Shown: in pieces, positions 41,985-49,343 of the stretch | How the letters are laid out: every line of letters starts with the position of its first letter | How positions within the stretch are numbered: position 1 is the stretch's first letter | IMG/VR virus record: IMGVR_UViG_3300045988_115953 | From: a virus | Reading direction: 5' to 3' (one strand) | Length of the DNA stretch: 64,000 nt | Notes under the pieces: model-generated | What the model saw: only the letters and a program-made list of their open reading frames with translations | What the model was told of the DNA's origin: nothing | Database searches by the model: none | Made by a program: the position numbers and the translations under genes

Positions 41985-43622
41985 TTAGGCTACAACATGC
42001 TCTTGTTGTTTTCTGTACTCGGCTTCGGCTTTGTCGGCGCACTCCTCGGAGCAATAGTCTTCGCCGGTGATGTCTGAATAGCACTCGCTGTCATAATCGC
42101 CAGGATACCACTCGCCGCATTCGGCGCATTTGGAGTCTTTTTCGCTGTCAAGCCATGAATCGGCGATGCTGCTCCATACGGCATTGTCCTCATGGATATA
42201 TCCGTCATGGTAATCAGACCATTTGCAGTCTGATTCGAGCTGATATTCGCCGTCAATGTCCTCTACGCAGTCGTCAAGGAGGCGATATTCCTCCTCTTTT
42301 TCCACGTAGCAGCATTCGTCGTCAAGCAGATAAGCGTCCTCGTAGTCAGACCAGTTCCATTGGTAGTCTCCGCTTGCGCGACTTCCGTTGATCTGGATGC
42401 GTCTACCATGATATATGGCGTTTTCGCTTTGGCTGCTATACATCCAATCTTCGTAGTAGTCGTCGTAAGTACTATCGCCTTCAGGAATAATGCACTCGTT
42501 CCACTCTGAATAATTGCCATCCAGCTCGAAATATTCATCCGTGGAATCGAGTTCGTAATCGTAATACGCAGAAGAGTTGTTGCAGGACGTGTTGTCGTTG
42601 TAGTCGTAATAGACGAACGAATCCTGATAACTGAGAACGTCGTTGTGTTCGAGATTACACTCAATATAGAGAGAAAGGTCGTGCATTGACTCACCGTTGT
42701 TTCGAACAAAGTTCCTATTGTCGTGACAACTGGCACCGACACGCTTGTAGCCGTCAATCTCGCCTGCCTTGATGAGCTTGTCAACAAGTATCTGCTTGAG
42801 GACATCGTCTTGACCGGAAGAGTATTGACGCTCGGCGAGGCGGTAATGATTGTTGTTCTCGTCCCATACGTCAGTATAGACAATGCAACGGGCGACAATC
42901 ATATCGTCTTCGTCGGTGATGTAGGCAGCCTTGGCTTTTATGGCGTCACGATAGAAGGTGTGATGTCCTTTGTCTGTCATGCAGCTTCCAAAGTCGCCAA
43001 GACAGCGGTCACTATCATAGATAGCCTCGAAATCGTCGTCAACATGCAGGGTGTAATCGTTGCTGACACGCTGTTCTGCATAGACCTGCCAATCACGTGC
43101 GAACTCTTCGCCTATCCAGCGTTTGAGCTGTTCGGGCATATATTCGCGCGGGATGCGGTTTTCCTCGATACATCTGGAAATAAGCTTGCCTGCCTTCATC
43201 TTGAAGATTCTTCCACGCTCTATATTCTTGTAACGTATAGACTTGACGTCTCCGTCGGTGCATACACCGCGTAGGGTGTCAAGACTTAGTGTAGTGGAAT
43301 AGAGAGTGTAGGGGAAATCTTTGTCAAAACTAAGGATGTACAATGTGTCTTCGCTATCGGGGTCATGGAGTGCAATGTCGCTTACCATGTGCTTAGCAAA
43401 GTTCTTCAGGTCGTCCATGTTGGTGGCGCGGAGGTAGTCGCAGTTGTCAGTCAACCTGTCATCCTGTTCCTTGAAACCGAGCCACCAGTGGAAGAGCTTT
43501 CTGTTCTTGAGGCAAGCCAAGAGAATCTTGTTCTTGCGTGACACAACGCCGTTGCCGTGCTTTACGACACCAAACAACTGCTTGAACTCGTCGTAATTCT
43601 TGAAACTCTTAATGTAAATCAT
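41985..43622 (-). CDS. large hypothetical protein with extremely acidic D/E/Y-rich C-terminal half
   Basis: 545 aa. From residue ~330 onward the sequence is dominated by D, E, Y, S and C (e.g. YYDYELDSTDEYFELDGNYSEW). Confidence 0.55.
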   Translation of the reverse strand: MIYIKSFKNYDEFKQLFGVVKHGNGVVSRKNKILLACLKNRKLFHWWLGFKEQDDRLTDNCDYLRATNMDDLKNFAKHMVSDIALHDPDSEDTLYILSFDKDFPYTLYSTTLSLDTLRGVCTDGDVKSIRYKNIERGRIFKMKAGKLISRCIEENRIPREYMPEQLKRWIGEEFARDWQVYAEQRVSNDYTLHVDDDFEAIYDSDRCLGDFGSCMTDKGHHTFYRDAIKAKAAYITDEDDMIVARCIVYTDVWDENNNHYRLAERQYSSGQDDVLKQILVDKLIKAGEIDGYKRVGASCHDNRNFVRNNGESMHDLSLYIECNLEHNDVLSYQDSFVYYDYNDNTSCNNSSAYYDYELDSTDEYFELDGNYSEWNECIIPEGDSTYDDYYEDWMYSSQSENAIYHGRRIQINGSRASGDYQWNWSDYEDAYLLDDECCYVEKEEEYRLLDDCVEDIDGEYQLESDCKWSDYHDGYIHEDNAVWSSIADSWLDSEKDSKCAECGEWYPGDYDSECYSDITGEDYCSEECADKAEAEYRKQQEHVVA

Positions 43623-43758
43623 ATTCTATTGTTTTTAAATGGTTGATAATAGAAATCCCCACTCTCATTGTTGAGGGTGGGGATTGAGTTTCAGGCGATA
43701 AGTTTTCTTAGTACACTCTCCTTTTCGGGTGTGTCACACTTTTTGGATTTGTTTAGAC

Positions 43759-44130
43759 TTAATAACCACGATACAGGATTCTTTTGACAAGCGGATACTC
43801 GTAATCTCCGTTCTGCGCTACGCAATAGGTAAAGCTTGGCTTGTTGTTCCAAAGCTCGACCCACAGACGGGAAAGTATACCGCGGCTGAGTATTCTATTA
43901 TACTTCATGTTGTAGAATACTGTGTCGTACTTTCTTTTCTGGCAGCACAGTGCACGGCAGAATCCGTCAGACAGCTCACGTAGGGCGTCGTCGGTAAGCT
44001 CAAAATCAATCCACTCGCCGGACTTGCGGTCGTATACTTTCCGCTTGCTCAGAAAATCGTCCATTGTAAACTGCTTCTTGTCGTACGCTCTAAGCAGCCC
44101 GGCAAGAGTCTTGTAAGTTCTTTTCTTCAT
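43759..44130 (-). CDS. hypothetical protein
   Basis: Start refined to ATG 44130 (MKKRTYKTLAGLL). Confidence 0.5.
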   Translation of the reverse strand: MKKRTYKTLAGLLRAYDKKQFTMDDFLSKRKVYDRKSGEWIDFELTDDALRELSDGFCRALCCQKRKYDTVFYNMKYNRILSRGILSRLWVELWNNKPSFTYCVAQNGDYEYPLVKRILYRGY

Positions 44131-44195
44131 AATCGTATGTTGGTTGGTAATGTTCCTGTGTGTTATCCACACAGGATGATTCGGGCAGCAATGTG

Positions 44196-44378
44196 CTAAT
44201 CGTGATAAGCTATGCTCACGATTTCGATTATGGCACGATGGAAGTCACGCTCCGCGCGTGGGTCTTCGTAACCGGTCATGCGGTTGTTGTGCATCTTACG
44301 GGCTGCAATCTTGGCTCTACTGATTTCTGCGAGCAGTGTACGCTCGAAATTCTTGTCGCATTTTCTGTCTCTAAGCAT
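44196..44378 (-). CDS. small hypothetical protein
   Basis: 60-aa ORF with a GAATTATG context. Confidence 0.4.
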   Translation of the reverse strand: MLRDRKCDKNFERTLLAEISRAKIAARKMHNNRMTGYEDPRAERDFHRAIIEIVSIAYHD

Positions 44379-44438
44379 AATTCAAATTGGTTTTTATGGT
44401 TTGTGTGTGCCTCCGAGGATGGAGGCTTTTCAGGTCGG

Positions 44439-44801
44439 TTACTTTTCGTCCGTGTTGTACTCGAAGATGATATTGCCAGAGCACGTATAATTGAAGTACA
44501 AGACGATGGTGTTCAGCTTTGTGTTAGCATCAAGGGAATTTTCGTTGACACCGGTGCGGACGATTTCGAGCCATTGGCTAATCCGCGACTTTATGTCCGA
44601 GCTGAGAGGATGGTCCAGGACTTCGAAGTGTACGACATTTGAGCCGTATATGTACTTCATCTTGACAACGTGATGATGGACAAATCCTATCAGCACGCCG
44701 TGTCCGTCGCAGCAATACGTGTTATCGTCGAAAAGATCGTCGAAGAGAACGTCGCTGCATAGGTCTTTCTCGTTGATGGGGCAGGGGATGTGTATTTTCA
44801 T
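44439..44801 (-). CDS. hypothetical protein
   Basis: Start refined to ATG 44801 (MKIHIPCPINEKDL). Confidence 0.5.
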   Translation of the reverse strand: MKIHIPCPINEKDLCSDVLFDDLFDDNTYCCDGHGVLIGFVHHHVVKMKYIYGSNVVHFEVLDHPLSSDIKSRISQWLEIVRTGVNENSLDANTKLNTIVLYFNYTCSGNIIFEYNTDEK

Positions 44802-44870
44802 AATCCGTAATGTTTTAAGTGGTTGATAATTGTTAAGGATGCTACTTGCTGACAAATAGCATCATTATAT

Positions 44871-45119
44871 TCAGGCGATGCGGTAAGCGGAAACGACATG
44901 GTCGTAAAAACCACGCGCGGTGTCTTCATCCATGAGAGGAGAGTCTACGAGTGCATGGCCGATTTTGTCATTGATACACACGCTGTATCTGTCTCCCCAC
45001 GTCCACTTGATAATCTTCACGGTGTACTGATAGTTGGATTTCTCGTCTATCACGTCACAAGCGAGCAATGGGTCGTTCGTTAGGATTTCATCTAACTCAT
45101 TCCTTTCCTTTTCTGTCAT
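44871..45119 (-). CDS. hypothetical protein
   Basis: 82-aa ORF with an AGAATTATG context. Confidence 0.5.
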   Translation of the reverse strand: MTEKERNELDEILTNDPLLACDVIDEKSNYQYTVKIIKWTWGDRYSVCINDKIGHALVDSPLMDEDTARGFYDHVVSAYRIA

Positions 45120-45210
45120 AATTCTTGCGGTTTTGGTTTGTGCGTGATGGAGAATTTCATCCCCATCGTTTTAGGCTTTACAAACAGGAGGTGTTGCCCG
45201 TACTAAAGAG

Positions 45211-45672
45211 TTACTTTTGCGGCGTTGTCAGCTGGTCGCAGATTGCGATGCGCTGACTGGCGCGGATAAGCTTCGGAAGGTACTTGTCGAGGCTGTCGTA
45301 AGGAAAGCCTGTCATCTTGTTGAGTTCCTTTGTATGCCTGTTTATGAGTGGAGTACCGAGGATTTCGGCTGCTTTGACCGCATCCTCATTGTAACACTCG
45401 TAATAATCGCCTACACGGAAAAGCAACAGGCAGTCGGGATGCTTCTTCCTAATCTCTGCCCATTTTTTGTAGGGTGTCGGTTTCTCGGGCTGCGGAACGT
45501 ACGACTCCTCTGTGTGAGAAATCGCTTCTCCGCACATGTAGTAGATGTCGCTCGAACGGTAGCCGAGAGTTTCGTAGAGATAGTATTCTATCTGCTCTGT
45601 CTCCCACTCGTCGGGACAGCCTTTGATTGTTCGGACGGTACCTGTCTGATAATCCATAATTGTTATTTCCAT
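45211..45672 (-). CDS. stand-alone MutS-domain-I-like (mismatch-binding domain) protein
   Basis: Residues ~70-150 (WAEIRKKHPDCLLLFRVGDYYECYNEDAVKAAEILGTPL...MTGFPYDSLDKYLPKLIRASQRIAICDQL) parallel the E. coli MutS N-terminus ([36 protein letters not shown]...[29 protein letters not shown]). No connector, clamp or ATPase domains. Confidence 0.65.
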   Translation of the reverse strand: MEITIMDYQTGTVRTIKGCPDEWETEQIEYYLYETLGYRSSDIYYMCGEAISHTEESYVPQPEKPTPYKKWAEIRKKHPDCLLLFRVGDYYECYNEDAVKAAEILGTPLINRHTKELNKMTGFPYDSLDKYLPKLIRASQRIAICDQLTTPQK

Positions 45673-45735
45673 AATTCTTGATGTTTTGGTTCGTAGAAAT
45701 CCTTACTCTTACGGGTAAGGATTGTTTTGGGCTTG

Positions 45736-45975
45736 TTAGTGTTTGTCGAACATGAGCATGTCTACCATTCTGTAGAATGTGTATCCGTCAACTTGGTTGT
45801 AGATGAATCCGATGAAACGACGGCGGGATTCCATGTTCAATGAGCGGTAATAACTCTTGAAATCGGAATAGTTCCCGTTTATCCATGCCTCCCAAATAAG
45901 GCACATCATTTCCATCTCGTTGTGTACTTCGTAGTACTTTGCCTGCTGGAGCAGCGTCTTGCTTCTTCTTGTCAT
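45736..45975 (-). CDS. hypothetical protein
   Basis: Start refined to ATG 45975 (MTRRSKTLLQQAKYY). Confidence 0.45.
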   Translation of the reverse strand: MTRRSKTLLQQAKYYEVHNEMEMMCLIWEAWINGNYSDFKSYYRSLNMESRRRFIGFIYNQVDGYTFYRMVDMLMFDKH

Positions 45976-46027
45976 AATTCTTTGTTTGTTGGTTCGTAGT
46001 GGGGAGGCTGGCTCCCCTTGGTTTAGG

Positions 46028-46192
46028 CTATCTGCCGAAGTATTTGCGCTCGAAATCTTCATAACTCTCGCAGTTGAAGACAATCGCAACGCATTTCAAA
46101 CCACGGGCAATTAAACTCTGTTTGACTTCTTTTGTAAGTTGTTCGCCTGTGTACACCTCAAAAGGAGGGAACACGAAATAATCCTGTGTCAT
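46028..46192 (-). CDS. small hypothetical protein
   Basis: Start refined to ATG 46192 (MTQDYFVFPPFEV), 54 aa. Confidence 0.4.
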   Translation of the reverse strand: MTQDYFVFPPFEVYTGEQLTKEVKQSLIARGLKCVAIVFNCESYEDFERKYFGR

Positions 46193-46248
46193 AATAATTC
46201 TGTTTTGGTTAATAGACCCCACAATCGTGGGGATTTTTAGGCTGTGGC

Positions 46249-46542
46249 TTACTTGCCGGCTTTCTCGTTCACGTAGGCTACAAGACGCTCGAACTTTGCG
46301 TCGTTTTCTTCTGTGCTGTAGAACGGATTGAATGAGAAATACTCATTGTAAGTGAGGGAATCTACGCCTTTTTTGTCCTTATTGTAGCCAACGCAAACGC
46401 CGATTTGGGCAGATATGCAGGGATCTACCACAATAGATATGCCCAGATGCTTGTCAAAAAATGTTCTTCTCTGCATCTCCTGTATTTTTGGGAGGATTAC
46501 TTTGGCTATCCTCTCAGACTCTGTAAGCTTTTTCTTTTCCAT
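46249..46542 (-). CDS. hypothetical protein
   Basis: Start refined to ATG 46542 (MEKKKLTESERIAK). Confidence 0.5.
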   Translation of the reverse strand: MEKKKLTESERIAKVILPKIQEMQRRTFFDKHLGISIVVDPCISAQIGVCVGYNKDKKGVDSLTYNEYFSFNPFYSTEENDAKFERLVAYVNEKAGK

Positions 46543-46606
46543 AATTCTAATTTTATTGGTTGTCTTGAGCCGTGACACGCACAATAATAGTGCTGCCACG
46601 GCATTT

Positions 46607-46741
46607 TCAGGCGATGAAGGCTACAGTGAGGAATTTTCCGTCATAACCAAGAAATTCAACGTGTGTATACATTTCCTGCATCTTTGCGAAAACTCTTTCC
46701 ATAAACACAGCACCTTTGCACTCAATTCTTCTTGTACTCAT
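46607..46741 (-). CDS. 44-aa hypothetical protein (below ORF-track cutoff)
   Basis: Hand-translated: MSTRRIECKGAVFMERVFAKMQEMYTHVEFLGYDGKFLTVAFIA. Has canonical cassette boundaries on both sides. Confidence 0.4.
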   Translation of the reverse strand: MSTRRIECKGAVFMERVFAKMQEMYTHVEFLGYDGKFLTVAFIA

Positions 46742-46771
46742 AATTCTGTAATTTTATTTGGTTAACTGGAA

Positions 46772-46789
46772 GGTAGCCAAACGGCTACC
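46772..46789. repeat. cassette-boundary hairpin GGTAGCC-AAAC-GGCTACC
   Basis: Exact reverse complement of the hairpin at 48045-48062 (GGTAGCC-GTTT-GGCTACC), inside otherwise co-oriented flanks (CTGGAA...CCCTTTT). Confidence 0.6.
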
Positions 46790-46798
46790 CTTTTTAGA

Positions 46799-47122
46799 CT
46801 AACCTCGTTTTTCGAGGGCTACACTGACGAAATAAGGAAGACTCTCACATTTTACCTCGTTCCATTCGCAGTTAACAACGGCACTCACATACTTGCTCTC
46901 CTGCTTGTGAATAAGACGGGTAATTGTACTTCTGCTTATAGTGGAAGATTTTTCCACCTCAAAACTGGCGTGAGCCATATTTCCGTCCTGTGAAAAATCA
47001 ACAAGTCCCTGTCTTCTCGCTACTGCGACAATTCCGTGAAAAGCGTTGATAAAAACGTATTTCTCGCCATCAAAATACACGTCGATGCGTGTGTGATTTT
47101 CTTGCGTCTTAAAGTATTCCAT
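46799..47122 (-). CDS. hypothetical protein
   Basis: 107-aa ORF with an AGAATTATG context. Confidence 0.5.
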   Translation of the reverse strand: MEYFKTQENHTRIDVYFDGEKYVFINAFHGIVAVARRQGLVDFSQDGNMAHASFEVEKSSTISRSTITRLIHKQESKYVSAVVNCEWNEVKCESLPYFVSVALEKRG

Positions 47123-47184
47123 AATTCTAATTTTAGTTGTTAATGATGTGCGGACGCATCATTTGTGATACGTCCATTTTAGGC

Positions 47185-47361
47185 TTAGAAACAGCGCGGA
47201 CGGGAGAAATGACGCTCTATCTCCTTCGCCTTTCTGTCTGCTTTCGCAGCTCTCCGTGAATACTCGCGCTCGTCAAGGTGTCTTCTCTCACACTCAGCTG
47301 AAATAACTCTCTTGTAGCTTGCCACAATCGCAGCAAGAAACATTCTGTCTCCGTTTGTCAT
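47185..47361 (-). CDS. small hypothetical protein
   Basis: Start refined to ATG 47361 (MTNGDRMFLAAIV), 58 aa. Confidence 0.4.
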   Translation of the reverse strand: MTNGDRMFLAAIVASYKRVISAECERRHLDEREYSRRAAKADRKAKEIERHFSRPRCF

Positions 47362-47419
47362 AATTCTTTTTGTTTTGGTTAATAGAGCCACCCAAATAAG
47401 AGTGGCGTTTTGGCGTGAA

Positions 47420-47686
47420 CTATTCGCTGACATTGAAGAAAAGAACTTCTTCTTTTTCGTTGATAATCAGATGTAAGTCAGGAGAGAGCTTGTCAATTAT
47501 ATTCATCCTTTCATGGTTCCATTTGTAGACCGCTATCCACACTCCCACAGGAAGCGTGTGACTTTCTCTCGTTCCGTAGAACTCTTTTGTGTCCACAGGG
47601 CTGACGTGCCAATAGATGTTCCACTGACCATTGTCAAGTCCTTCACATCTGATCGCGTCAATCAATAAAAATGTCTTGTACTTCAT
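47420..47686 (-). CDS. hypothetical protein
   Basis: 88-aa ORF. Confidence 0.5.
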   Translation of the reverse strand: MKYKTFLLIDAIRCEGLDNGQWNIYWHVSPVDTKEFYGTRESHTLPVGVWIAVYKWNHERMNIIDKLSPDLHLIINEKEEVLFFNVSE

Positions 47687-47707
47687 AATCCTTTGTCTTT
47701 AAAGGTT

Positions 47708-47992
47708 TAATTATCGTACTACCCCAAAACAGGGTAGCAATTAAGGCTCAATACTTTCCAAGCACAATTTTCGTACTGCTCAGGATTCTGAACTCGGCTT
47801 GAGGAGGATCTTTTCCAAGCGCTCATTCTCACGCACGAAATTCTTGAAGAATCCGTTGCCAATTTTCGTACTGCTCCAGAAATAGAGCAGAAACAACATG
47901 TAAAGGATTCCAAGCACACTGATTATCGTACTGCTTAAAATAAGCAGACACGGAACAAGCTGAAGGTTTCCAAGCACAATTATCGTACTGCT
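47708..47992. repeat. iteron-like direct repeats CCAAGCACAATTATCGTACTGCT (4 good copies + partials, ~57-bp spacing)
   Basis: Copies at 47758-47780, 47859-47875 (3' half), 47910-47935 and 47970-47992. Partials at ~47708-47722 and ~47815. Confidence 0.6.
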
Positions 47993-48016
47993 ACGTAAAA
48001 TCTGTCTCTTTGTCAT
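47780..48016 (-). CDS. small hydrophobic protein built over a DNA tandem repeat
   Basis: 78 aa with the reiterated peptide SSTII(S)VLG(N/I)L. The underlying 23-nt DNA repeat continues past the stop in another frame. Confidence 0.4.
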   Translation of the reverse strand: MTKRQILRSSTIIVLGNLQLVPCLLILSSTIISVLGILYMLFLLYFWSSTKIGNGFFKNFVRENERLEKILLKPSSES

Positions 48017-48075
48017 AATTCTGAATTTTAATGGTTTACTGGAAGGTAGCCGTTTGGCTACCCTTTTGAGGCGGA

Positions 48076-48255
48076 TTAGAAATACCTGTCACGCAGGTAT
48101 AACACATAGTTCTTGAATCTACTTATATATGGGTCACGGGCTGCAAAACAATGGTTAGCAAAATCCGCACGTGTCAAAAATCCCATGTTGTAGACTTCAA
48201 TGGCGTGCTCAATCTCTGAGTACATAGCCCATAAATTTACATTCGTTGTTTCCAT
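48076..48255 (-). CDS. small hypothetical protein
   Basis: Start refined to ATG 48255 (METTNVNLWAMY), 59 aa. Confidence 0.45.
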   Translation of the reverse strand: METTNVNLWAMYSEIEHAIEVYNMGFLTRADFANHCFAARDPYISRFKNYVLYLRDRYF

Positions 48256-48280
48256 AATTCTTTTAGGTTTGGTTTGTAGA

Positions 48281-48296
48281 CCCCACAATCGTGGGG
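48281..48296. repeat. cassette-boundary hairpin CCCCAC-AATC-GTGGGG
   Basis: The 24-nt block AGACCCCACAATCGTGGGGATTTT is repeated identically at ~46214-46237. Confidence 0.6.
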
Positions 48297-48303
48297 ATTT
48301 TTC

Positions 48304-48525
48304 TTAGGCTATACGGAGAGGTTTCGCGTACGTTCTGCATACATCAAACGCAGGATGCTCAGGCGTACGCTCTGACGTGTCGAATAATCGTACTTCCACA
48401 TATCCCATGTCCCTGGCATCTGTGAAATAATTCCAAGCGTCATGGAAATTGTCAAAACCCATGTAATGTACGTGCGGATGCTCACCGTATGTGACACAAT
48501 AGCTCTCTTTGTAATATTTGCTCAT
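48304..48525 (-). CDS. hypothetical protein (first gene of the minus-strand cassette array)
   Basis: 73-aa ORF with an AGAATTATG context. Confidence 0.5.
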   Translation of the reverse strand: MSKYYKESYCVTYGEHPHVHYMGFDNFHDAWNYFTDARDMGYVEVRLFDTSERTPEHPAFDVCRTYAKPLRIA

Positions 48526-48559
48526 AATTCTTTGATTTTGTTGGTGAACATTGGTAGAG

Positions 48560-49235
48560 CAGCCACAAGGACCGCTCTAATTTGCCTTAGGACGTGCATC
48601 TTGGCACCGTGTTTGTCAAAATATTACTCCGAGTAACCAGCTCGTCGAGTTACGGCTTGCGCCGCACGGCTCACGCCCTACCACGTAACGCAGTGGCAGC
48701 GTCAGTTTTCTTTGCAGTTATACTAAAAAACTGCATAGTGTTTTAGATGTCTCCACATCGGTATGTTAGTTGTTGCAGAGCCGTAACGTATGAAACATAC
48801 GTTCATGTAGGTTGCTCACTCTATCCACCACGATAGAGGTCGATTTCTCACGAATCTCACGTGAACGCTCTTAAAACGTAGAATATGAATTATGAATTAT
48901 TTGATTTGTCCCGCTGCTCTCACGCCGAGCACGTTCTGCGAACCTTCGGTATTGCCGTTCGTAATTCCGCTCTTCTTGCTTCGCTGCCTTCAGTCATCGC
49001 TGCTTTCCCTTACGTCTTGTCAACTGCTAAGTTCCAGAGCTAAGGGCTTTTCGTGGTGGTGGATGTCTTTTCCACAAGTCACGGAAAACCCTGTCGGACA
49101 AATTGCCCAACCTGTGCCTGTGCGAGGAACAAACAAGAGAGTTTGTGTCGCTGAAACAATGGTTAACGGAATTTCAAACGGCTTTCCTAATGGTCGCTGC
49201 CGTCAGTGTTCCCAATAGGGAACGTATGATTATAG
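48560..49235. ncRNA. ~0.7-kb ORF-poor, helix-rich region: candidate large structured RNA or long leader
   Basis: The only ORF (48892-49218) has implausible low-complexity composition. Local helices: AACGTATG/CATACGTT (48785-48803), CTCTAT/ATAGAG (48819-48838), ACAAAC/GTTTGT (49129-49146). Possible long-range pair GGCAGCG (48695-48701) / CGCTGCC (49195-49201). Bordered by tRNA-like element 4. Confidence 0.35.
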
Positions 49236-49282
49236 TCACACATAAGGGATTCGAACCCTTACAATAGCGTTCCAAATGTGTG
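49236..49282 (-). ncRNA. tRNA-like element 4 (acceptor stem + T arm minihelix)
   Basis: Minus-strand read: CACACAT-TTGGAACGCTATTGT-AAGGGTTCGAATCCCTT-ATGTGTG-A. It has a 7-bp acceptor stem and a canonical T arm, with only a 15-nt linker in place of the D and anticodon arms. Confidence 0.45.
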
Positions 49283-49291
49283 GACACAAAA

Positions 49292-49323
49292 AAGGTAGCC
49301 ACTTTTGGTGTGGCTACCTTTTC
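49292..49323. terminator. bidirectional rho-independent terminator
   Basis: AAGGTAGCCAC-TTTTGGT-GTGGCTACCTT, flanked by A6 upstream and T4 downstream. Terminates 49344-49907 on the minus strand. Confidence 0.65.
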
Positions 49324-49343
49324 CTGTGTGGTGTAATGTTCTC

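Noticed and set aside
48602-48616. Sigma-54 (-24/-12) promoter TGGCAC-N5-TTGT, and by extension the CTTGGCRC...CTGTAGG boxes as RpoN promoters
   Set aside because: The invariant -12 GC is missing: it is TTGT here and TGTA in the other boxes. The GG/GC spacing fits only this one copy. I keep it as a remote possibility, noted under the box-family finding.
48892-49218. 108-aa plus-strand ORF as a protein gene
   Set aside because: It has a Leu/Ser/Cys/Pro-rich low-complexity sequence, is antisense to the surrounding transcription direction and lacks the start context used elsewhere. The region is treated as non-coding.
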